A stretch of 64,000 nt of DNA. Source: an uncultured delta proteobacterium (GTDB taxonomy: Bacteria; Desulfobacterota; Syntrophorhabdia; Syntrophorhabdales; WCHB1-27). Below the pieces are notes generated by a model. It was not told where the DNA came from. It did not search any database and worked only from the letters and a program-made list of their open reading frames with translations. Below are positions 14,353 through 25,099 of this stretch, piece by piece. Position numbers and translations under genes: made by a program. Where the stretch lies: NCBI GenBank assembly GCA_963749525.1, contig CAVVNC010000004.1, positions 7,046 through 71,045 on the forward strand. Direction: 5' to 3'. The first letter of the stretch is position 1. Every line of letters begins with the position of its first letter.

Positions 14353-15574
14353 TCATTTTTTCAAATAGACGAGATCAGTTGGGGTAAAATCGGCTGCCTT
14401 TCTGGCAGTGGCCCACGAAGCATCGATCCCGAAGACCTCGGAAACTTCCAATTCTCCTTTGTAATTTCCCTTGGTCCTACCTATGGGCTGGTTTGTGCCT
14501 TTGTCGATGATTTCCTCCCCGGGGGCGTAAACTTCAAGGATGTCGCCCTTTTCGAGACCGGAAAGCCTGCCGGCATCGACAAAAATCTTGTCGTGGTCGA
14601 TGGCGGCAACACGGGCATGCCAGTCAATACTGAGGAGCGCCCTGAGGAGATCCTCCGAGATGAGCTCTATGGCAAGGTCGATGGCCTTTACCTTGACCGT
14701 CTCCGTGCTCATCTCCCCCTGGTCCCTCGTGAGGGCGACCGGGTTGCGGCCGCTCAACTGCCGCAAAATCCTGCCCGTTTCCGTGTTGTAGACATCGAGG
14801 GTGATTTTTGACATGGCGGTCGAGATTTCCCGCTCGCCCTTCCCCTCCACCCTGGAGCTGCTGACATACACGTCGGAAACCGCACCCTTGATCACCGCCT
14901 GAACGCCGTACGTCTTGTTGAGTACCTTCATGGCCTCGGCAGAAGAGAAGTCCCCTTTCAGATCGATCGTGTGAGGGTCGATGCAGATGATCGTGCCCGT
15001 GCTCTCGAGACGCTTCACGAGCCTCTGGGTCGCGACATCGTCGAGGTGCTCATCCTTGTAATTCGTTTGATCGGACAAGGGCAGGACGAGGACCCTTCTC
15101 CTCATCTTCGATGAAGGAAAGGCGAAAGTGGGTACCAGGGATCCGCCGTACGGGACGGCGGGCAGGCCCCCCGGAACGGTTGCGTAGACTACCTGGCCTC
15201 CCTGGGGCTCGGCGTTCTTCTTCTTGAGATCCTCCTCCAGCTTGGCCATGCGCTTCTGCAGCTCATCGCGCTCCTGCTTGCCCATGCTCGAGCTCGGCCT
15301 TCCCGGCGAGAGTGTCGAAAAGCCCCGGAGAGTATTGATCTTTTCTGACCCATACATACTCAGGTTCGTATGGCGCCTGGGCGAACCTGCGGTTCTTCGC
15401 GTAGATGTACTCCACGCCGTCAACCATCTTTATGTCGCCGGGCTTTGGCTTGTTGTCCTCGATCTTTTGTCCCTTTTCAGTGTTTGCGGTTGTCGCCGGG
15501 GTTTTTTTCTTGCCAAAGGGGATAGAGCAAGAAACCAGCAGACAAACGAGCAGGAGAATCAGTAGGTTACGCAT
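14353..15574 (-). CDS. hypothetical lipoprotein, frame broken by 1 nt
   Basis: The N-terminal piece (ORF 15263..15592) has the lipoprotein signal MRNLLILLLVCLLVSC. It continues in ORF 14353..15423 from ...KQERDELQKRMAKLEE. The junction is at GCCC 15281-84 (CATGGGCAAG on the coding strand). Family not recognised. Confidence 0.65.
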
Positions 15575-15605
15575 AGCCGCTATGTTACACACAAGGCAAG
15601 AGAAA

Positions 15606-15624
15606 TGTCAAAAAGATTTTGACA
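15606..15624. promoter_or_regulatory. perfect 8+8 palindrome TGTCAAAA-aga-TTTTGACA
   Basis: Lies in the divergent intergenic region just upstream of the lipoprotein gene. Each arm contains TTGACA reading outward. Confidence 0.4.
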
Positions 15625-15820
15625 GGCAGAAAATCGAGCAGAAACCGGACTCAACGCTTACAAGGTGCGGGGAACCTGCAAAGCTTCACGGCCCGCCCCG
15701 TGTTGATGGATAGGGGCGGTTTGTGCTAACCTATTCTCCTCGCATGTGCCTGATTGTCGCACTCGGTGCGGCAAGCGAGCCATGCAACGCGCGAGCGCTG
15801 TACCGTGAGGAGGGATTGAG

Positions 15821-15952
15821 ATGCCGTCGAATACAAAGAAAACCGAGATGAGGAGAAAGAGAAAGAAGACGAATCTCGGCAAAGCCAGGAAGAAGGAACA
15901 GAGCAAGCAGTCCACTCCGGCCTTTCCCGTACATGTGGATAAGGGGGCTTAG
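15821..15952 (+). CDS. small basic protein, 43 aa, hypothetical
   Basis: Not in the ORF track because it is under 60 aa. Sequence MPSNTKKTEMRRKRKKTNLGKARKKEQSKQSTPAFPVHVDKGA. GAGGAGG lies 7 nt before the ATG, and the stop sits inside a G/C hairpin followed by a T-rich tract. Confidence 0.45.
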   Translation: MPSNTKKTEMRRKRKKTNLGKARKKEQSKQSTPAFPVHVDKGA

Positions 15953-15975
15953 GCCCCCCTCGCTTTTCGCTTAAG
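15943..15975 (+). terminator. putative intrinsic terminator after the small ORF
   Basis: GGGGGC-ttag-GCCCCC stem followed by CTCGCTTTTCGCTT. Confidence 0.4.
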
Positions 15976-16008
15976 CTTGGGCGGCCATGAAGGCCCCGTG
16001 AGGTCAAT

Positions 16009-16663
16009 GTGGCAAAAGGGAAGGGAAAAGCAGTATTCAGGACGCGACGCGAAGACCGTAAGCCCCTCGCATCCGCGGCGACGGTCTTCCTTATTTTTTT
16101 CTCCTTGCTGACGGCCGCGCCGGCACACGCGGCAAAGGCCGACCTTCCGTCCTTCGGAAAAGGCAAGATAGAGGTCCGTCTATACACGGATTACTTCTGT
16201 GGTCCTTGCGGCCGCATGGAGCCGAGAGTAGAGGCCCTGCTCGCCGACCTCGTAAAGAGGAACACGGTTACCCTGATCTTCGTGGACACGCCCATTCACC
16301 GGTTCACGCCCCTCTACGCCAAGTATTTCCTCTACATCCTCAACAACGACCGGGCCTTTGCCCACGTTCTTCAATACAGGGCCCTTCTTTTCGAGGCGGC
16401 GAAGGGCAAGATAGAAACCGGGGATAAGCTCGAAGAGTTCCTCAAGGGAGAAAGACGTCGCGTTTACCCGGACCGATCCCGGACCCGCCCTTGCCGCCCT
16501 TTCTTCCCTGATAACAGAGGACGCCGTCAGGTCGACGCCTACCTTGATCATCATAAGGGAGGGTCAGAAGGGGGTATTCGTAGGCGACACGGACATTGTC
16601 AAGGCCCTCGAACAGCTTCAAAAGGCTGGCGAGCTGCTGAAGCAACCCGAAAGCGCCCCTTAA
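16009..16663 (+). CDS. DsbA-like thiol:disulfide oxidoreductase, frame broken by 1 nt
   Basis: GTG start, signal or TM segment, FCGPC active site. After ...EEFLK the frame is lost at GGG 16446-48. The +1 frame continues KDVAFTRTDPGPALAALSSLITEDAVRSTPTLIIIREGQKGVFVGDT...QPESAP to the TAA at 16661-63, a typical DsbA-fold C-terminus. Confidence 0.75.
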
Positions 16664-16824
16664 GAAGCCCGCCCCGATCTCCGAAAAGCAGCCCCCGTGA
16701 GTTCTCGACGCATCCACTGAGGGCCGTGAAGCCCGCCCTTTCCTCGCGCTTCAGTCCTTCCTGAGGACGGGCCCCCGGCGGAGTTTTCAACAGAGAGAGA
16801 AGGCGCCAGTACGAAGGGTATGGC

Positions 16825-16853
16825 TTGAGAAAAGCTGTCCAATAATGTATACT
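16825..16853 (+). promoter_or_regulatory. sigma70-like promoter for rpsB-tsf
   Basis: TTGAGA, 17 nt, TATACT. Leaves a leader of about 100 nt before rpsB. Confidence 0.6.
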
Positions 16854-16957
16854 GAAACCTGTTCTTTACTCTGCACGCCTTTCAATTGGCGGATGGTGCA
16901 CGGCTCTCGTGTCTTCCGGCCAAAGGGCGAAAGGCGGAAGAAAAACCAGGAGGATCA

Positions 16958-17755
16958 ATGTCCAATCTAACCATCAAACAATTGCTCGAGGCCGGTGTCC
17001 ATTTCGGACATCAAACGAAACGGTGGAACCCCAAGATGAAGCCGTATATCTTCGGGGCGAGAAACGGCATCTACATCATCGACCTGCAGAAGACCCTGAA
17101 GATGTTCAAAGAGGCTTACAATTTCGTGAAGGAGGTGGCCTCCAGGAACGAGTACGTCCTCTTTGTGGGCACGAAGAAACAGGCCCAGGAGGCAATCGTC
17201 GAGGAAGCAAAGAGGGCCTCCGCATTCCATGTGAACGTGAGGTGGCTCGGAGGGACGCTCACGAATTATCAGACCATCGAGAAGAGTATCGACAGGCTGC
17301 GCAAGTATGAAGAACTGAAAGGGAGCGACATCTTCAAAGTACTCCCCAAGAAAGAGGCAATGAGCATAGACAAGGAAATAGAGAAGCTCCAGAAGCACAT
17401 GGGGGGTATAAAGGACATGGACAGGCTGCCCGGGGCAATATACATCGTGGATCCGAAAAAAGAGTACATCGCGGTGAACGAAGCCAGAAAGCTGGGAATT
17501 CCGACCGTGGGCATCGTCGACACGAATTGCGATCCCGACGACATCGACTTTATCATTCCCGGCAACGATGATGCCATACGGGCGATAAAGCTGATCACTT
17601 CGAAAATCGCCGACGCGGTCCTCGAAGGAAGGGCCCTGTACGTGGAGGAGTTCCAGGGCAAAGAGGAAGAGAAGGAAGGACCCAAGCCCTTCATAGACGA
17701 GAGCGTGCTCGAGGAAAAGTATGAAGGCGTTTTTGAGGAAGAAGGGGGTTTGTAA
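16958..17755 (+). CDS. rpsB: 30S ribosomal protein S2
   Basis: ORF 16886..17755 trimmed to the ATG at 16958 ([27 protein letters not shown]), which is preceded by GGAGG. Confidence 0.95.
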   Translation: MSNLTIKQLLEAGVHFGHQTKRWNPKMKPYIFGARNGIYIIDLQKTLKMFKEAYNFVKEVASRNEYVLFVGTKKQAQEAIVEEAKRASAFHVNVRWLGGTLTNYQTIEKSIDRLRKYEELKGSDIFKVLPKKEAMSIDKEIEKLQKHMGGIKDMDRLPGAIYIVDPKKEYIAVNEARKLGIPTVGIVDTNCDPDDIDFIIPGNDDAIRAIKLITSKIADAVLEGRALYVEEFQGKEEEKEGPKPFIDESVLEEKYEGVFEEEGGL

Positions 17756-18360
17756 TGGAAATATCTGCGGAACAGGTGAAAACACTGAGAGAGAAGACAG
17801 GGGTCGGACTTATGGATTGCAAGGAGGCCCTCAAGATCTCGGGCGGCGACATGGACAAGGCAATAGACCATCTTCGCGAGAAAGGCCTTGCAAAGGCCCA
17901 GAAAAGGGTGGGCAGGGCAGCCACCGAGGGGACCGTCGCAATATACGTCCACATGGGCGGCAAGATCGCAACCATGGTGGAGGTGAATTGCGAGACCGAC
18001 TTTGTGGCCAAAACGGACCAGTTCCAGGCCTTCACAAAGGATGTAGCCATGCAGGTTACCGCCGCGAATCCCTCATACGTGAAGAGAGAGGACGTGCCGG
18101 AAGAGGTCAAGGAGAAGGAGAAAGGGATTTACAGGAAGCAGGCGCAAGAGTCCGGAAAGCCCGACAAAATCCTTGACAAAATCGCGGAAGGCAAGCTCGA
18201 GAAGTTCTTTCAGGAGGTCTGCCTCCTTGAGCAGCCGTTCATAAAGAACCCGGACGTAACGGTCAAGGGGCTGCTCGAAGACCTCATCTCGAAGATGGGC
18301 GAGAACATATTGATCAGAAGGTTTGTCCGCTATCAGCTCGGCGAGACCACGGAAAGCTAG
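17755..18360 (+). CDS. tsf: elongation factor Ts
   Basis: 201 aa. The N-terminal UBA-like [26 protein letters not shown] is diagnostic. TAATG overlap with rpsB. Confidence 0.94.
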   Translation: MEISAEQVKTLREKTGVGLMDCKEALKISGGDMDKAIDHLREKGLAKAQKRVGRAATEGTVAIYVHMGGKIATMVEVNCETDFVAKTDQFQAFTKDVAMQVTAANPSYVKREDVPEEVKEKEKGIYRKQAQESGKPDKILDKIAEGKLEKFFQEVCLLEQPFIKNPDVTVKGLLEDLISKMGENILIRRFVRYQLGETTES

Positions 18361-18361
18361 A

Positions 18362-19070
<709 letters not shown>

Positions 19071-19072
19071 CC

Positions 19073-19630
19073 ATGTCGAGGGAAGTGATCGAGGAATTCG
19101 AAGAGAAGCTGAAAAAGTCGATGAATTCTCTGAAAAAGGACCTGTCGAAGCTGAGAACGGGGGTGGCCTCCATCTCCCTCCTCGATGACATCAGGGTCAA
19201 CTACTACGGTCAGCCGACCCCCCTCAACCAGGTGGCGACGATCTCGGCTCCCGACAGCAGGACGATAACCATCCAGCCGTGGGACACCTCATCCATCGGC
19301 GAACTGGAAAAGGCCATCCAGAAATCTGATCTGGGGGTGAATCCCATGTCGGACGGGAAGATCATCCGGATCGTTTTCCCGCGCCTGACCGAGGAGAGAA
19401 GGAGAGAGCTGACGAAAATGGGCGGAAAGATGCTCGAGACCGCCCGAGTAGCCATGCGCAATGTGAGGCGAGAGACCAACGAAAGGCTGAAGAAAATGGA
19501 GAAAGAGAAGGCCCTCTCAAAGGACGACGCCTTCAAGCTCCAGGAGGAAGTGCAGAAGACGACCGATAAGTACATCAGCGCAGTCGAGTCGATCTACGGA
19601 GACAAAGAAAAGGAGATCCTGGAGATATAG
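19073..19630 (+). CDS. frr: ribosome recycling factor
   Basis: ATG at 19073 chosen over the listed GTG at 19067. This gives 25 residues before KLRTG, as in E. coli Frr. GAGGGGG upstream. Confidence 0.93.
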   Translation: MSREVIEEFEEKLKKSMNSLKKDLSKLRTGVASISLLDDIRVNYYGQPTPLNQVATISAPDSRTITIQPWDTSSIGELEKAIQKSDLGVNPMSDGKIIRIVFPRLTEERRRELTKMGGKMLETARVAMRNVRRETNERLKKMEKEKALSKDDAFKLQEEVQKTTDKYISAVESIYGDKEKEILEI

Positions 19631-19639
19631 ACAGGGATC

Positions 19640-20356
19640 ATGAGAGTCAACAGGAAGAAGCTGCCCCGGCACGTCGCTATCATAATGGACGGCAACGGGA
19701 GATGGGCCAGAAACCGCGCCCTTCCGAGGGCCGAAGGACACATCGCCGGGATCGAATCGGTAAGGGATGTCGTCACCGCCACGAGGGAGTTTGCCATCCC
19801 CTATCTGACCCTTTATGCCTTTTCAAAAGAGAATTGGACACGGCCGAAGGAAGAGGTCGAAGCCCTGCTGGCCCTCCTCGCCGTTTACCTTCAAAGGGAA
19901 TTGCCCTTGATGATGAAAGAGGACATCAGGTTCAGGTCGATCGGCGATATCGGCGATCTTCCTCTCGACCTGCAGGAGCACCTCAACGGCGTGAGCAGAG
20001 AGACGGAGAAGAACAAGTCCATGCTTCTCAATATCGCCCTGTCCTACAGCGGAAGGGAGGAGATTCTGCGTGCCACGAGGCTGATCGCAGAAGACCTGAG
20101 TAGGGGCAGCATCACGGACCTCGACGAGGGAGTCTTCAGCAGGTACCTCTATACGGCCGGAATGCCTGACCCCGATCTGCTCATAAGGACGAGCGGCGAG
20201 ATGCGGCTCTCCAATTTTCTCCTCTGGCAGCTCGCGTATACGGAGATCTACGTGACCGACACTCTGTGGCCCGATTTCAGACGAGAGGCCTATGAGCGGG
20301 CCCTCTCCGACTATGGCGGGAGAAAGAGAAGATTCGGCAGTCTGAAGGAAGCCTAA
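19640..20356 (+). CDS. uppS: undecaprenyl diphosphate synthase
   Basis: 238 aa with HVAIIMDGNGRWA and the cis-prenyltransferase motif RTSGEMRLSNFLLWQ. Confidence 0.95.
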   Translation: MRVNRKKLPRHVAIIMDGNGRWARNRALPRAEGHIAGIESVRDVVTATREFAIPYLTLYAFSKENWTRPKEEVEALLALLAVYLQRELPLMMKEDIRFRSIGDIGDLPLDLQEHLNGVSRETEKNKSMLLNIALSYSGREEILRATRLIAEDLSRGSITDLDEGVFSRYLYTAGMPDPDLLIRTSGEMRLSNFLLWQLAYTEIYVTDTLWPDFRREAYERALSDYGGRKRRFGSLKEA

Positions 20357-21155
20357 GTGGGGGATCTTAGGAAAAGAGTCGGGTCCGCCGCTGTAGGCGG
20401 GCCTGTGACGATCCTTCTCTTTCTCTTTTTGCCGCCCGTGCCCTTTCTTCTGTTCATGGGCCTGGTGTGTGCCCTGGCGGCCCATGAATGGGCATCGATG
20501 ACACAGGTGCGCGATAAGGTGACGCTGATCGTGCTCGCCCTTTCCGCCTTCGTGCCCCTGTACATGAATCTTCCTTCCCTTTACCCGGTCTGGCTGCTCT
20601 TTTCCGCGGCCCTTTACCTGCTCGTGATGATAGTGAGGCCGATTGCCGAGGACCCTTCGATCAATCAGAACATCGGGAGATTCCTCGTTGTGCTCCTCCT
20701 CTCCCAGGTCTTTCTCGGTATCTCCCTCTTCTCGTTCTACCGCCTGAAGATGTTCGACCCGTACGTCCCCGCGATTCTTCTCCTTATCATATGGGCGAGC
20801 GATACGGCGGCCTACTTTTCGGGCAAGGGCCTGGGCCGCCATAAGCTCGCGCCAATGATCAGCCCGAAGAAGACGGTGGAGGGGCTTATCGGGGCGATCG
20901 CGGGGGCCCTGGTTGTCACGCTGCTTTTCCACCGCCGCATGGGGATAACGCCCCTTTCGGCAGCAGGCGCCGGCGCAGTGATAGGTCTTCTGGGGCAGGT
21001 AGGGGACATGATCGAATCAATCGGGAAAAGAGTCTGCGGCGTGAAGGATTCGTCATCGCTCATTCCGGGCCATGGAGGCATACTCGACCGAATCGACAGC
21101 TTCATTCTCACAGCGCCTTTTCTCTCTTACTACCTCACGGGGTTCACCGAGATGA
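20357..21155 (+). CDS. cdsA: phosphatidate cytidylyltransferase (as given, reads through into dxr)
   Basis: The N-terminal 265 aa of listed ORF 20357..22303 are multi-TM with the CdsA signature SxxKRxxxxKDxxxxxPGHGGxxDRxDS. No in-frame stop before dxr. Dropping one G of GGGG 21139-42 gives ...LTGSPR-TGA, overlapping the dxr ATG as ATGA. Confidence 0.8.
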
Positions 21156-22303
21156 AGAAGAAGATCATCGTCCTCGGCTCAACGGGCTCGATCGGCGTGT
21201 CGACCCTGGAGGCCATCGAAAACCAGAAGGATGAATTCGATGTGGTAGGGCTCGCGTGCAGGGAGAGCACGCGTCTCTTCAGTGAGCAGATTCGAAGATT
21301 CGAGCCGCGTTACGCCTGTCTGTTCGACGGACGTCAGGCCGGAAGGGTGGATTTCGGAAGGGCCCGGAGACTCATCGGTGCCGCGGGCATGAAGGAGCTT
21401 CTTGGCGCCGAGGCAGAGATCGTCGTAAATGCGCTGCCCGGCAGCGCCGGACTCGAGCCGACCATTGAAGTCTTACGGCAGGGCAGGACCCTCGCCCTCG
21501 CAAACAAGGAAAGCCTCGTCATGGCGGGAAGGCTTGTATCAAGGCTGGCGGGCGGTAAGCCCGGCAGGCTTATCCCCGTGGACAGCGAGCATTCGGCGCT
21601 CTACCAGTTGATGGACGGCATGGAAAGGCGACAGATCGAGAGGCTCATCATCACCGCTTCGGGAGGGCCGTTCAGGAACCACTCCAAAGAGGACCTGGGT
21701 AAGGTGACGGCCGAGGAGGCCCTGCGCCATCCGACATGGCGGATGGGGCGGAAGGTAACGATCGATTCCGCGACGCTCATGAACAAGGGCCTTGAAATCA
21801 TCGAGGCGCACTGGCTTTTTGACATCGGCCACGAGAGGATAGACATCCTGGTCCATCCGGAAAGCATCGTTCACGGGATCGTCCAGGTCATCGATGGCTC
21901 CCTTCTTGCCTATATGGCCTATCCGGACATGAGGATACCCATCTCTTTTGCCCTCAACGGAGGGGAGCGCCGTAGCCTGCCCTTTGGCAAGGTGAACCTT
22001 GCCGAGGCGGGGAAGCTGACCTTTTTCCGTCCGGACACGGAGCGCTTTCCCGCCCTTAGGCTCGCCTATCAGGCCCTCGACGAGGGAGACGGCGCGCTCG
22101 TAGCGCTCAACGCCTCGAATGAGGTCGCCTCCTCAGCCTTTTTGGAGGGGAGGATTTCTTTTACCGACATCCCGCGCCTCGTGGAGGAGGCCCTCAGTCG
22201 CCACCCGGCAGTGAAGGAAATAAATGACGTGGAGACGATCTGGGAGATCCACGGATGGGCCAAGACGTATCTCGAAGATGCTCTGAGGAGGATGGATGCT
22301 TAA
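21152..22303 (+). CDS. dxr: 1-deoxy-D-xylulose 5-phosphate reductoisomerase
   Basis: 383 aa from the internal ATG (MKKKIIVLGSTGSIG NADPH-binding start). Full-length Dxr similarity. Confidence 0.93.
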   Translation: MKKKIIVLGSTGSIGVSTLEAIENQKDEFDVVGLACRESTRLFSEQIRRFEPRYACLFDGRQAGRVDFGRARRLIGAAGMKELLGAEAEIVVNALPGSAGLEPTIEVLRQGRTLALANKESLVMAGRLVSRLAGGKPGRLIPVDSEHSALYQLMDGMERRQIERLIITASGGPFRNHSKEDLGKVTAEEALRHPTWRMGRKVTIDSATLMNKGLEIIEAHWLFDIGHERIDILVHPESIVHGIVQVIDGSLLAYMAYPDMRIPISFALNGGERRSLPFGKVNLAEAGKLTFFRPDTERFPALRLAYQALDEGDGALVALNASNEVASSAFLEGRISFTDIPRLVEEALSRHPAVKEINDVETIWEIHGWAKTYLEDALRRMDA

Positions 22304-23370
22304 CCTGATCTACTTTGTTATTGTCCTGGCCATACTCATTTTTGTCCATGAGCTCGGCCATTTTCTCGTTGCGCGCCTCTCGGGCGTGAAGATCCTCACC
22401 TTTTCCCTCGGGTTTGGGAGGAAGCTCCTCACCTTCAAGAGGGGAGAGACCGAGTACGCCATATCTGCCGTCCCATTGGGGGGATACGTCAAGATGCTCG
22501 GCGAATCGAGCGAGGATGAGGTGCCCGAAGAAGAAGCCGAAAGGGCATTCTCCAACAAGCCGCCTCTCGTGAAGATGGTCATTGCCTTTTCCGGCCCCTT
22601 CTTCAACGTCCTCTTCGCTGCCTTCGTCTTCTTCATCATCTTCCTTACGGGGTTTCAGGCTCCATCAAACGGAACCCGGATAGGGCAGGTGCCAAAAGGG
22701 GAGCCCGCCTATTCCGCGGGCCTCAAGGAAGGGGACATCGTCACGAGTATCGACGACCGCCCGGTGAGCCAATGGACGGAGCTCCAAAAAGCCGTGACCG
22801 ACGATGCCGCCTTAAGGCCCTTGAAATTCACGATTACCAGGCAGGGCAAGCCCGAAGTGCTTATGATTGCCCCGAAGGCGACCGACGAAAAGAATGTCTA
22901 TGGGGAGCGCCTCGGCAAGACCCGGCCCCTCATAGGGGTCGCACCAGCCACCGAATTGAGGAAGGAGTCATTGGTGGGGGCGGCCCCCATGGCCGTCGTG
23001 GAGACGTACAACTGGACCGAAATGACGATCGTGGGCATCGTGAAGCTGATCAAGGGGGAGCATCTCGCCGAAGAACGTGGGCGGACCCATATTGATCTTC
23101 CAGCAGGTCGGTCAGCACGCCAAGGCAGGGAGAAGCAGCTTCCTCTTCTTTCTCGCGGTCATCAGCATAAACCTCGGCGTCGTCAACCTCCTCCCCATCC
23201 CGGTCCTTGACGGCAGCCATATTCTCTTCTCCTTTTTCGAATTCGTGATACGCCGGAAAATTCCGGAGAGTACCGTGGAATGGTCCCAGAAGGTCGGCAT
23301 AGGCATCCTCATCTGCATCATGGTGCTCGCCTTTTACAATGACGTGATGAGGGTCTTTCATGTCTGGTAG
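22296..23370 (+). CDS. rseP: RIP site-2 zinc metalloprotease RseP, frame broken by 1 nt
   Basis: HELGHF motif at the N-terminus and a central PDZ-like region. The frame is lost at G5 23054-58. The next frame continues ISPKNVGGPILIFQ...NLLPIPVLDGSH, the conserved C-terminal RseP motifs (ORF 23077..23370). Confidence 0.9.
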
Positions 23371-24052
23371 GCTCATTCTTGCCGTCGACAACTCCCTCGA
23401 TTTCCTGAACGTGGCCCTGGGGGAAGACGGCCGGTTGATCGAAGAGCGGCACGCGAGGTCGGACCGCCTCCCCTCGGAAGTGCTCCCCGTGAGGGTTGCC
23501 CGCCTGCTGGGCGACCACGGATACTCTGTGGCGGATCTTTCGCTCCTTCTCGTCACCCTCGGGCCGGGCTCTTTTACGGGCGTGAGGGTGGGGCTGGCCT
23601 TTTCGAAAGGCCTCGCCCGGGGCCTTGCCATACCCCTCGTGGGGATTCCGACCCTCGATGTTCTCGCGTTCCCCTTCGCTTTCTTGGAAGGACATTACCT
23701 CTGCCCCCTTGTTGACGCGAAGAAGGGTGAGGTTTTTCTGGCCCTGTACCGGGTGTCCGGCGGGGCAGTGAGCCGGATCGGCGATTTTCAGGCCCTGAAG
23801 CCCCGGGAATTGGAATCGAGGATGCCCTCCCCCGGCCTCTGTTTCGGCAGCGGCGTCAGGTTGTGTCGCAACGTCCTGGCGGAAATCGAGGGGGTCCGGG
23901 CCATCGAAGACGGTTTTCAGCGCGTCTCCGGAGAAGCGCTCCTCAAGCTGGGCCTTTCCCTGTACGATCAGGGGCCCCTGCCCGAGGCGTTGCCGATCTA
24001 CGGGAGAAGGTCGGAGGCGGAGATAAAGTTCGGCCTGGACGTTTCCCGCTAA
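23360..24052 (+). CDS. tsaB: tRNA t6A37 biosynthesis protein TsaB
   Basis: 230 aa. ILAVDNS...LVTLGPGSFTGVRVGLAFSKGLA is typical of the TsaB/YeaZ family. Confidence 0.88.
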   Translation: MSGRLILAVDNSLDFLNVALGEDGRLIEERHARSDRLPSEVLPVRVARLLGDHGYSVADLSLLLVTLGPGSFTGVRVGLAFSKGLARGLAIPLVGIPTLDVLAFPFAFLEGHYLCPLVDAKKGEVFLALYRVSGGAVSRIGDFQALKPRELESRMPSPGLCFGSGVRLCRNVLAEIEGVRAIEDGFQRVSGEALLKLGLSLYDQGPLPEALPIYGRRSEAEIKFGLDVSR

Positions 24053-24138
24053 AAGGGGCGCTACCATTTGTGGCTCCGTCTCTGTTATACTTATGCCTTG
24101 GTTGGGGAGAGTAAGGGTGTTGACAGGAGGCGCCGTCG

Positions 24139-25087
24139 TTGAGAATCGCCGAGGACGTCACGAAGCTGGTAGGGAACACGCCCTTGGTAAAGATCCGCAG
24201 GCTCGCCCGGGACCTTGAGGCAGCAGATCGTCGGGAAGCTCGAGTATTTCAACCCTTGCGGCAGCGTCAAAGACCGGATAGGGGTGGGCATGGTGGAGGC
24301 GGCGGAAAACTCAGGCCAGCTCTCGCCCGGCGCAGTGCTCGTGGAGCCCACGAGCGGGAACACGGCCATAGCTCTCGCATTTGTCGCGGCGGCCAAGGGC
24401 TACCGCCTCATCCTTACGATGCCTGAGACGATGAGCCAGGAGCGAAAGGCAATGCTCCGCGCCCTCGGTGCGGATCTCGTCCTGACGCCCGGCGACAGGG
24501 GCATGCGCGGCGCCGTAGAAAAGGCCGAGGAGATCACGCGACGGAACCCCAAGGCAGTCATGCTCCACCAATTCAAGAATAGGGCAAATGCAGAGATGCA
24601 CATGAGAACCACGGCCGAAGAAATTTGGAGAGATACGGACGGCCGGGTCGATGCGGTCGTGGCCGGCGTTGGTACGGGCGGTACCATCACCGGGGTGGGA
24701 GAGGCGATCAAGCGAAAGAAAAGCTCCTTCAGCGCCATCGCGGTCGAGCCCGACACCTCGCCCGTTTTGTCCGGGGGCGCCCCGGGACCTCACAGGATAC
24801 AGGGGATCGGAGCAGGATTCGTTCCAGAGATACTGAATCCCAAGGTGATAGATAGGATTATCCGCGTTTCCAACGATGCGGCCTTCGACACGGCAAGGAG
24901 GCTGGCGAGAGAAGAGGGGATCTTCTGCGGCATCTCCTCGGGCGCTGCCATGTGGGCGGCCCTGGAGGTGGCAAAAGAAGAGGCATTCAGGGGGAAGCTT
25001 ATTGTTGTCATGCTGCCGGACTTGGGCGACCGCTACCTATCGACCGACCTCTTCGCCCCTTTCCTGAAAGATGGCAGCAATACCTAA
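24139..25087 (+). CDS. cysK: cysteine synthase A (O-acetylserine sulfhydrylase), frame broken by 1 nt near the 5' end
   Basis: TTG start after [29 protein letters not shown] is followed by a frame shift into ...[20 protein letters not shown] (PLP lysine motif) and [10 protein letters not shown]. Junction within GCCCGGG 24205-11; the exact base cannot be resolved by eye. Confidence 0.9.
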
Positions 25088-25099
25088 AGGCAGGATCAA

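Noticed and set aside
15726-16187. 153-aa and 85-aa minus-strand ORFs in the divergent gap at 15.6-16.2 kb.
   Set aside because: No RBS and junk-like composition. They overlap the start of the DsbA-like gene and the better-supported small basic ORF on the other strand.
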